Below are positions 1 to 7,921 of a DNA stretch of 32,000 bases, in pieces. A program made the translations under genes and the position numbers. The DNA lies in NCBI GenBank assembly GCA_003144275.1, contig NJBF01000020.1, positions 1 through 32,000 of the forward strand. Direction: 5' to 3'. The notes under the pieces are model-generated. The model did not search any database, was not told where the DNA came from, and saw nothing but the letters and a program-made list of their open reading frames with translations. The first letter of the stretch is position 1. The number at the start of each line of letters is the position of its first letter. The DNA comes from Candidatus Heimdallarchaeota archaeon B3_Heim (GTDB lineage Archaea; Asgardarchaeota; Heimdallarchaeia; Hodarchaeales; Hodarchaeaceae).

Positions 1-154
1 TTACTTAAGAATAGGACAATAGCAAAAGCAGAAATTAAACATGGGATCAATTAATTAATTAGGCGAGGGCTTATAAACCGAGAAGTGAAACAAGATGTAG
101 CTCAATACAGGATTAGAAAAATTAAATATTGGAGGGGATATAACAAAGGAGAAA

Positions 155-424
155 ATGGGTAACTGGCGAAAAAAGTTTGAAGAGAGGATTATTGATCAAA
201 TCGAAGTAACAGAGAGAGATGTTATTGTCGCAGGACATGCTCATAGACATTTTCACAATAAAAAGCAAAAAATCATGTTAATTCCATCGATTAAGACATT
301 TTTAAGAGATCAACAACCACAGGCTGTAGGGTGTCTGGGTTTAGTAGGGTTCCATTCTGAAGTTAGGACAAATGATTGTGAAACAAAGATTGATAGAATG
401 GTTATTCCTCAAGTACTCATTTGA
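155..424 (+). pseudogene. C-terminal fragment of a calcineurin-like metallophosphoesterase (or a small stand-alone ORF)
   Basis: VIVAGHAHR matches the GHxH motif of metallophosphoesterases. The N-terminal DxH/GD/GNH motifs are absent, and there are stops in all three + frames between nt 50 and 100. An SD-like AAGGAG precedes ATG155. Confidence 0.35.
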
Positions 425-452
425 AACCAATCCATTTACAAATTCTTATTCA

Positions 453-3400
453 TTAAGAAATAAATCTCTCCGTTTGAAGCAAGAATTTCTCATTTTCCAA
501 ATCTTTGTTTAGAATAAAGATAAAATCGTCTAATGATTCCTTCGCGACTTCGTTCCCAAATTTAGGTAAGAAAATTAGTGGTGTATAAAATTTAAAAATC
601 AAATTCGTCCGTTCTTGACTAGTTGACTTATCAAGGCACCGTTTTAGACAATCACAAAGATGAGAGACATGTTTTTCGTGTGCCGTTGAAAAAGGCATTA
701 ACTCCCCTTGGTAATAGACTGAGTAGGGTAAGATTTTTGCATGAATTATCCTAGAGGATAATTCCTTCACAACCCAGCTATAAGGTGCATAATAAGGCAA
801 GTTGAAATCATCAAATCGTTCTTCAAATTGATCACCTCGAATCTTTTTCTCTGCAATTTGCTGAATCAGAACTAATCTGGATAGAATTCGACCTACCTCT
901 TCTAAATCAAGGTGAGATGATCGTCCAGGCTTGTCAGCAGAAATATGACTAAAAATGGGTTTGGCCTTATAACCCAGTCCCAGTTTGGCGTTCATTAATC
1001 TTAATCTGTTACGTAGTGTTCGATTAATGCTGTTTAATGCTGCATCAAATGGAGTTAATCCTCCCCGATAATCGCGTATTTCCTTATTTTTTTTCCAAAT
1101 AAGACGAGTGTAAGTTCTTCCGTAAGTTCTATCGTGAAAAATCATTGGATCCACTGGGTCCTGTATTCGTTGAGTGAATTCTCGAACTCCCTCTGCAAAT
1201 GGTCGAAAAATCCACCCTTCAAGAGCAGTTACTTGTTTTAATGAAAATTGTTCTGGATTGGAAATATATTTACTTAAATTACTAGCACTCCTATACAAAA
1301 TTCGTTTCATTCGATATGTTATTTGCTTACTGAAATGTTTTAGGTTATAAAATTCGGCTATTTCCACTAGGTATGCAGTGGCATGTAATGCTGATTGAAC
1401 TAGCCCTAATAGATGCATTTGTTGTAAGGATGATCTAACCTCTGGCAAACTAATCGCTTTGAGTATATCTTCACTAGGTTCCTTTAGAACTCCTTTCGTC
1501 GAAATATAAAAAACATCGATGTTCCATTGTTTTAGTAGTTTCGTTAAACGCGGTTTTCCTATATTGATAACAGAAGAAATTTTATATAACGGATATTTTT
1601 CAGGTTTTCGTTTTCTATATCGTTGTAGCCACAGAAATGGGATAATTCCTGTATGTTTCTTGATGGTTACCTGATCTTCTGGACGAAGAACAAGGTGGCG
1701 AGAGCGATAGTTGAATGAAAGATGATGAAAAGTATCTGCAAGTTCAAGAATCAGATCATTCAGTTTCCAAGTATCAATGATATGGGGAACAGTTAAATCT
1801 AGAGTTCTTTGCAGCTCTCCTTCTTCATTGGAGATTCTTAAAACCTGAACATGTCTTCCATAATGCAAGCGATCAGTCTCTTTGATTTTAACATAGTTGG
1901 ATCCCTTTATCATTCCAAAGTATTCTGATGCTGTCTTCAGATGTAATTTTTGCTCTTCTCGAATCGGAAATTCTTCTCCGATTTGAACTTCAAGGGTTAC
2001 ATCTTTGTTTATTGTAGGATCTAGCTTATTTAAATCTTCTCCGATTATGGGTGTTTCGAAAGAGGGGCGCCATAAGGAGCAGGCTACCTTGGAAGAAAAG
2101 AAGTTACTCAATCGTTCTTTCATCATGGGAGGAATAAGATCTTCATCATAAATTGCCACTTGCTGGTAGAAAAGACAGTCCTTTTTCCTTCGATAAGTGA
2201 AATACGCACATTCACCGCAGTGCCGGTTTAAGAAACTAGTGTCAGGTAGTTGTTGATCTTTTTCTCTTTGATTGCCTGTGTGGATTAGCACTAGTCGTGA
2301 CTTAAAAGGATAGATTTTGATACTTTTGAAGTTTAAGCATTTACGAATTTCTGAAACACTTTGTACCATTGCATTTTTCTTTTGTGAAGAATATGATAGG
2401 GACTCAATATAGCTTTGAATCTCATTAAAGTCTCCTTTTAGAATTCTTTTAATCGAACGGATATATGTAAAAAAATTGACGGCTAAATCATCTTTATTTG
2501 CTTCCTGAGCGTATTTTCGTATATCGAAGAAAACTTCCTTCTCATGAATTGACCCAGGTTGTAAATATCTCTCCATCCAATGATTAAGGTCTGAAAGAAC
2601 ACGAAGAAAGGCTTTCCCCCGATATCTTAACCGAGGTGTTTTGGGACGAGTTCTGAAAGTTACAGGTTCTGTTTCGTTGAGTTCTTGCAAATGGTGATAG
2701 AAATCAGGTCGTTCATCCTTTTCAAACTGTAAAACTTCTACTAGTATCTTATCGGCTCCTTCAATCATTGATGACGCATATTTCTGATATTTCCAAGCTG
2801 CTATTACTACCGATTGAAAATCACGTAAGTTGGTTATCGTAAAATTTATGCTTTTCGTTGTCTGAAAAAACCATTGTGTACAAAGGAAAAATAGTTTCTC
2901 ACGCTCCGAAACTGTAATTTCTGAAAGTGTATTGATCTCAAAGAAAGAGGGAAAGCTCCTTTGTAAATACGTCAAAAAAGGTAGGATATTCATTTCATTA
3001 AGTAAAAACCATCGGCCAAGTGGTGTTGTTTGATAATACTTCAAATCCAGTAATCCCACCAAACGTAAGTCGAGGATTACCTTTTCTATAGTAAGAGGGA
3101 TAGAAGTGTCAAGAACTATTTGTGTTAACCATGAGGAGTAAATAGAACAAATCCATTCGTCTTTCCTCATTCGTTTTTGAGTTGTGACCAACAGGGCAGT
3201 TAATAATAATTCCTGTATGTGTTCTTGTTGATTTGTGAGATAACCTATTTGATAGGGCATTGGTGAGCTATTTAGAAGATGGGAAAAGAAATTTTTTTTG
3301 ATGAGCAAAGGCTGTAAAAAGCATATTCGTTTATTTAAGTCAAAATTTCTAAGTAAATTTGAAAAGGAGATAAAGTTTTCTATTAGAGCGTGTAAGGATG

Positions 3401-4472
3401 TAGTAGTAATTTCGTCTCCTATATCAATAAAAATTCGATCAACTTTTGATATGAATTGAGTTAGTTGAGACTCAGCTTGAGCAAGTGAAAGAAAATGAAC
3501 TGAGTTATATGCATACTTCATCCTTGAATTATTATCAAAGGATAATCCGTATTCCTGTAAAAAATCCATCCAGATGTCTGAAGATAAATGATTGGAGATG
3601 ATTAAGAGACGTTCACGATAATGAAGGTGATAGAAAAGCAGAAGGGATAAAATAATTCCTCTTAATGCCTTCCAGTGGTTCCTATGACGTGAAACCTTTC
3701 TAATATGTTTAACAATATGACCTTTGTTTCGAAACGGAACAAAATCAGAAAATAAAAGTTGTTTTTCAGGTAAACTTCGATTTAAAAAGTCAATTCGATC
3801 AATAAGAGAGGGAGGTAGAGTGAGTTCATTGAGAAATGTTGCAGAGATCTCATCTAATGTAAGAAATTCCCAAGAAGGAGAGACATCCTTGGTTGGCTGA
3901 ACTCTAGAAGTCACAACTAATTCTTTGTTTTGGTGGTGAGCTAACCATTCATAGAAAGGTCTAGCATTGAGATTATCAGTGAGTATGATAGATTTCACGT
4001 TGCAAGAAAAGCTAAGTAAAATGTTATGAAGAAGAAGAAGAGTAGAAGAGAAGTAACAAAGGCGATCAGGTTTATACAGGATTATACAGATCCGACTGCT
4101 GTTTAAATCGATGTTTTGAAAAAAAGTATCTACTTGATTATAGGTAAGAGCGATTTTTTGGATAATATGATTTTCTCGCAAAGAAAATTTTGCCATGCGT
4201 AATGATGGATGATTTTTATTGAGATGGAATTTGGGAGAATGGAGAAGAAAAGAAAATGTCTTATCGATGCGAAGCTCAGAAGCAGAGAAAAGAAAACGTC
4301 TAAAAGCTTGTTTTTCAAAATTTAGGTCGTTCTTATCATATAAAAAAATGAACCGGTCATAATCTCTGCAGTAAGAGTCCAAAAAAGTCTCCAAATCAGA
4401 ATAAGCTTGATTTGCGTCCTGATTAATTAAGAGATCAATATGATTTGAAATGCTTGGGTTCATACTCATCAT
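453..4472 (-). CDS. cas1: Giant Cas1-domain fusion: inactivated Ski2/Hel308-like SF2 helicase (aa ~35-600), Cys4 site (aa 752-798), Cas1 integrase (aa ~930-1300)
   Basis: Cas1 N-domain signature PLYKISSVINIG..LTKLLKQWNIDVFYISTKG. Catalytic-domain motifs TALEG (E1085), PFDAALNS, LGLGYKAKPIFSH (H1176) and SSHLDLEEVGR (D1189/E1192), corresponding to the Cas1 consensus GLDPxxGFLH...SLALDLMEEFR. Confidence 0.8.
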   Translation of the reverse strand: MMSMNPSISNHIDLLINQDANQAYSDLETFLDSYCRDYDRFIFLYDKNDLNFEKQAFRRFLFSASELRIDKTFSFLLHSPKFHLNKNHPSLRMAKFSLRENHIIQKIALTYNQVDTFFQNIDLNSSRICIILYKPDRLCYFSSTLLLLHNILLSFSCNVKSIILTDNLNARPFYEWLAHHQNKELVVTSRVQPTKDVSPSWEFLTLDEISATFLNELTLPPSLIDRIDFLNRSLPEKQLLFSDFVPFRNKGHIVKHIRKVSRHRNHWKALRGIILSLLLFYHLHYRERLLIISNHLSSDIWMDFLQEYGLSFDNNSRMKYAYNSVHFLSLAQAESQLTQFISKVDRIFIDIGDEITTTSLHALIENFISFSNLLRNFDLNKRICFLQPLLIKKNFFSHLLNSSPMPYQIGYLTNQQEHIQELLLTALLVTTQKRMRKDEWICSIYSSWLTQIVLDTSIPLTIEKVILDLRLVGLLDLKYYQTTPLGRWFLLNEMNILPFLTYLQRSFPSFFEINTLSEITVSEREKLFFLCTQWFFQTTKSINFTITNLRDFQSVVIAAWKYQKYASSMIEGADKILVEVLQFEKDERPDFYHHLQELNETEPVTFRTRPKTPRLRYRGKAFLRVLSDLNHWMERYLQPGSIHEKEVFFDIRKYAQEANKDDLAVNFFTYIRSIKRILKGDFNEIQSYIESLSYSSQKKNAMVQSVSEIRKCLNFKSIKIYPFKSRLVLIHTGNQREKDQQLPDTSFLNRHCGECAYFTYRRKKDCLFYQQVAIYDEDLIPPMMKERLSNFFSSKVACSLWRPSFETPIIGEDLNKLDPTINKDVTLEVQIGEEFPIREEQKLHLKTASEYFGMIKGSNYVKIKETDRLHYGRHVQVLRISNEEGELQRTLDLTVPHIIDTWKLNDLILELADTFHHLSFNYRSRHLVLRPEDQVTIKKHTGIIPFLWLQRYRKRKPEKYPLYKISSVINIGKPRLTKLLKQWNIDVFYISTKGVLKEPSEDILKAISLPEVRSSLQQMHLLGLVQSALHATAYLVEIAEFYNLKHFSKQITYRMKRILYRSASNLSKYISNPEQFSLKQVTALEGWIFRPFAEGVREFTQRIQDPVDPMIFHDRTYGRTYTRLIWKKNKEIRDYRGGLTPFDAALNSINRTLRNRLRLMNAKLGLGYKAKPIFSHISADKPGRSSHLDLEEVGRILSRLVLIQQIAEKKIRGDQFEERFDDFNLPYYAPYSWVVKELSSRIIHAKILPYSVYYQGELMPFSTAHEKHVSHLCDCLKRCLDKSTSQERTNLIFKFYTPLIFLPKFGNEVAKESLDDFIFILNKDLENEKFLLQTERFIS

Positions 4473-4528
4473 TTCAAGAATAAAGGAGCCACCAGAGAGA
4501 AATGGAATGAATTCCTATTTTCCCATGT

Positions 4529-4553
4529 CCTTTGTGTTTCAAAGGTTTAAATA
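4529..4553. promoter_or_regulatory. Shared TATA box of the divergent cas1 / nuclease-RAMP promoters with an abutting inverted repeat
   Basis: TTTAAATA at 4546-4553 reads TATTTAAA on the minus strand. CCTTTG-n5-CAAAGG at 4529-4545 lies directly next to it. Confidence 0.4.
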
Positions 4554-4590
4554 CCCATATATGAAATGAATTATTTGACTACATCTCTTT

Positions 4591-5304
4591 ATGGAGCTAA
4601 TATGTATGAATTCAAAATTAAATAAAAAACTTTCCAATTTTTCCTCTTCAATAACAGACCAAGAATTAGCAGTTAAACAGCTTCTTCTTCACAACGATAT
4701 TTCCTTTGTTATGCATCAAAAACTTCATCTGAATGACCGTTACTATATTATCGACTTTATGATAAACAATTCTATTCTCTTAGAGTGTTCATTCACGACC
4801 ATGTACCGTGTCGGAGTAGCTCTTAAACAAAAATCCCTTCAACTTGAAAGAAAATATTCACAGCTTAAAACTACATATCCTAATCAGTTTTGGGTATTAT
4901 TTGAATCTACTAAACCTATCAGTTCTCAACTTTTAACTACTCTTAAACGTTTAATGCCTTCTGTTGATCAGCTCCTCACCTCTCAAAAGCAGCTTCTCGA
5001 AATCTATCGAATACTTAGGGCATCTCCTCAGAAATCCTCTCAGTTTAATTTTGCCAATCAACTTGATTTCTTGAAACCTAAGATAAAACGAGAAGAAAAA
5101 TCCACTTTAAAAAGCTCTTTTAGAAATAAAGGATTAAAGGAACATTCTAATATTTTTTTAAGAAAATTAAACAAAGTACAACTGTTTTCTTCTAATAATA
5201 AGTATAGAAATCAAGATTTATACGTTTTTAATTCATCTCCAACATATTTGAATACCGCTCATAACAAATCTACCGAGGTGAAAGCTCAAAGGAGGAAAAT
5301 TTGA
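4591..5304 (+). CDS. PD-(D/E)XK-family nuclease (DUF559/Vsr-like) with a low-complexity Lys/Asn-rich tail
   Basis: ELAVKQLL..ISFVMHQ...YIIDFMINNSILLECS fits the E...(P)D-x(8-10)-(D/E)xK-like core. Its stop codon abuts the next ATG (TTGAATG). Confidence 0.55.
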   Translation: MELICMNSKLNKKLSNFSSSITDQELAVKQLLLHNDISFVMHQKLHLNDRYYIIDFMINNSILLECSFTTMYRVGVALKQKSLQLERKYSQLKTTYPNQFWVLFESTKPISSQLLTTLKRLMPSVDQLLTSQKQLLEIYRILRASPQKSSQFNFANQLDFLKPKIKREEKSTLKSSFRNKGLKEHSNIFLRKLNKVQLFSSNNKYRNQDLYVFNSSPTYLNTAHNKSTEVKAQRRKI

Positions 5305-6039
5305 ATGAAACAAAAAGAAGAAATTCAGTATAGATTTTTCGAATGTTCTTTTCCTTTAAGTTACTGGGCAAAAGGAACGGATGATTTCAAAGCAGTATTT
5401 ACTCAAATCTCTGATTATATGTCTACTCTCGACCAATTAAATATTTGGTATAATAATAACCATTTAATTCCAAGACCTTCTTTAAGTAACTCAACTCGAT
5501 TGTTTTTTCTTGTCAATGAGTTAATCGTTAGCAATGCGCTACAACTGAAAGGAGTCTCAGGCGGAGATCCAGTAGATTTTAATTCTGATCTTGCCACAAA
5601 AAACCAATCATCTATTTTAAGAAACGAAAAATGTCTGCCTCGTCCAAAAAGAGTCTTATTAGATTTGAACGTTGATCGTCCTGAAATTCTAATTCCTCTA
5701 AAGCAGAAAGGGATCGAGATAATCCAAATATGGGACCTCATAGCCGATCTTGTACAATATGAAATTATTGAGACGTGTATTAACCAATACATTGATCTTA
5801 TAATCACTTCTAATACAAGACTCTTCACTAGTTCCGAAGAATGGATAAATTATCTTCTACCCCATCGGACTCGAATATGTTACATTTCTGAACAGTATTT
5901 AGCCAATCCAAGTCAGCTCACTGAATTAATAATTCAATCCGCTCACAGTAAAAAGAGGTATAAATCTCCAAATCGTCCAATATATCTCATAGAGCGTGCT
6001 CAACCATCCACTAAGCAATCTGGGGAGGATAAAAGATGA
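5305..6039 (+). CDS. Two-domain protein with a C-terminal DUF5615/Mut7-C-type PIN-like domain
   Basis: VLLDLNV..EILIPLKQKGIEIIQI...EIIETCINQYIDLIITSNTRLF follows the xLLDEN...L...G..V.....DEEI..A......IIT.DxDF pattern. SD GGAGG at 5291-5295. Confidence 0.55.
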   Translation: MKQKEEIQYRFFECSFPLSYWAKGTDDFKAVFTQISDYMSTLDQLNIWYNNNHLIPRPSLSNSTRLFFLVNELIVSNALQLKGVSGGDPVDFNSDLATKNQSSILRNEKCLPRPKRVLLDLNVDRPEILIPLKQKGIEIIQIWDLIADLVQYEIIETCINQYIDLIITSNTRLFTSSEEWINYLLPHRTRICYISEQYLANPSQLTELIIQSAHSKKRYKSPNRPIYLIERAQPSTKQSGEDKR

Positions 6040-6869
6040 AGACACGAAAAATGAATCAACACGCGATAATTCTTAAAGTCTATTGTTATACACCAATCTG
6101 TAAACCGTTGAATGGGTCGTTACCTCGATCTAATGCCTCACATATGCTTCGTTTAAATCAATACTCTTATAAATATAATTTTAACGGAAAAAAGGAGAAG
6201 AAAGAAGCGTCTTCTGTTCTATACTTCATCAAAGGAATCAAAGGAGTCTTAAGACATAAGATAGCTAATATTTGTATGAGTGCGGGACTTGATGTCTGCC
6301 ATTCGACTGATAAAGAAGTCGACAAACATGGTAATCGCCTGTTACCCGAAGGTTATCACTTACTTGGTAGTTGTGTAGAGAAAAAAGAATGTGTTCTTCA
6401 TCAGATATTTGGATCAAAAGGACATGAAGGAATTATTGTTGTTCAAGCTAATCCCATAACCTCGATACCTCACAAAACTGCTGAAATCTCTGGTCGTATT
6501 CAACAAGTTCACATCGCTTCTGAGAATAGAGTCAATTTGACCTATAATGGTAAAAGTGTTCAAGACTTTTCTGAACGTTATTTTTCAGGTAATTTTCATT
6601 TTGAGATCGATGTTACTTCTTGCACACCGTTACAACTTGGGTTGATCATTGAAGGTGCAATGAATTTTGATCGGCTAGGACGTGGGTATAATACTGGATA
6701 TGGACATGTTCAAGTAAATAAAATTCAACTCCTCAAACGTACCGTTACTAGGACTCCTGTAATGGATGAAAATGGATGTTTTATTGTCCAAAATCAAATA
6801 ACAGAAGAATCCCGAAATAAACATTTTCAAAATGCTTTGGAGGTATGGCAAAATGGAATTAACACTTGA
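6036..6869 (+). CDS. cas7: Cas7-group RAMP (Csm3-like backbone subunit)
   Basis: RAMP motifs: beta1 ILKVYCYTPI, helix IKGIKGVLRH, C..LHQIFGS, and C-terminal Gly-rich loop LGRGYNTGYGHV. SD GGAGG upstream; ATGA overlap with the previous gene. Confidence 0.8.
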   Translation: MKTRKMNQHAIILKVYCYTPICKPLNGSLPRSNASHMLRLNQYSYKYNFNGKKEKKEASSVLYFIKGIKGVLRHKIANICMSAGLDVCHSTDKEVDKHGNRLLPEGYHLLGSCVEKKECVLHQIFGSKGHEGIIVVQANPITSIPHKTAEISGRIQQVHIASENRVNLTYNGKSVQDFSERYFSGNFHFEIDVTSCTPLQLGLIIEGAMNFDRLGRGYNTGYGHVQVNKIQLLKRTVTRTPVMDENGCFIVQNQITEESRNKHFQNALEVWQNGINT

Positions 6870-7671
6870 AGGAGAAATCATTACTCCAATAATATCAAGA
6901 AAAACAGTATTCAAAGTAGAAAATTGTCGAGCAGTAATACTCAATCCTAAACGCAGATATATCACAAAATCCCACAAAGAACGAAGAATCTATCCTTACT
7001 CCTTTATAGGCTATCTTGGCAAGATCAAAGTAACCTATCGATGTCAAACATTTCCTCAGGTTAAGAATAAACTAAAAGAATTGTTATCTATCGAACATAT
7101 TGGGAGATTTTGGAGTGAAGGATTAGGGAAAATCAGTTGGTTAGCTGGATGGATTGGGTCACAAGCTAAAGAGCATAAAAAAACCCAATCTAGTCGTGTA
7201 AAAATTCGAAAAGGTCTCCCACATCAGCTTCCAGAACAAATTCAAAGGTTAATTCGGTATGCTTTGCTTCACGATTTTGTACATACTCCTAGACATAAAT
7301 CGAAAATCTATATCGAACTTCAAGTGAGAGATGTAGAGATACTCAAACAGCACCATGAAAACTCGGATAATGTCCTCATCCAGACGTTTCAAAAATATGA
7401 TCGACTTGCTGCAATGATGACAAGAAAAATCAGGTCTCCACGCACTAATCGGTATACTTGGGAATCAAAGAGCATAGTGGATTTTGAGCTATTAGCACAT
7501 GACATAGAAAGCTTGGATAATAATGTATGGAAGTTGTATTTGTATATTTATGAATCGAAAGAGTTACAACAATTAAATGAGAGTTTAAACTATGGACATT
7601 CGTCATTACGCAATCATTTACTCCTAATTGCGAATTTAATAGTGCAAGACTTTCTTAGAGGTTCTCTCTAG
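6853..7671 (+). CDS. cas5: Cas5-group RAMP fused to a Cas10-type (circularly permuted) HD nuclease
   Basis: N-terminal LTLEGEIITPI and Gly-rich loop IGRFWSEGLGKI, followed by YALLHDF, QHH, KYDRLAA and C-terminal SLRNHLLLIA. The start was moved to ATG6853 because of the GGAGGT SD at 6839-6844 and the overlap with the cas7 stop. Confidence 0.75.
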   Translation: MELTLEGEIITPIISRKTVFKVENCRAVILNPKRRYITKSHKERRIYPYSFIGYLGKIKVTYRCQTFPQVKNKLKELLSIEHIGRFWSEGLGKISWLAGWIGSQAKEHKKTQSSRVKIRKGLPHQLPEQIQRLIRYALLHDFVHTPRHKSKIYIELQVRDVEILKQHHENSDNVLIQTFQKYDRLAAMMTRKIRSPRTNRYTWESKSIVDFELLAHDIESLDNNVWKLYLYIYESKELQQLNESLNYGHSSLRNHLLLIANLIVQDFLRGSL

Positions 7672-7750
7672 ATATCCTTGCATCTATAAAGTCAGAATTC
7701 CGTTGCTTTATTAATGAAAAGAGAAGGCTTGGAAATAAAGTGGTAAAGGT

Positions 7751-7921
7751 TTCTGCTTAAGTCCCTGTAAAAATATATTATTCGGGGCATCCTTAAATGC
7801 ATAGGTAAATTAATGGTAAGTTTTAATTGCTTACATGACAGTGCTTCCTCACGAAGCAGAATGAATTATTGATTGAAAGTGAGTTGAAGAGGTATAATCT
7901 CGTTAGAACCCTCTTTCAAAC
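7751..7921 (+). ncRNA. Candidate structured non-coding RNA downstream of cas5-HD (speculative)
   Basis: Series of hairpins at 7787-7800, 7816-7834, 7842-7858 and 7884-7920, plus an ATTGAAAG octamer at 7872-7879. No expression evidence. Confidence 0.25.
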
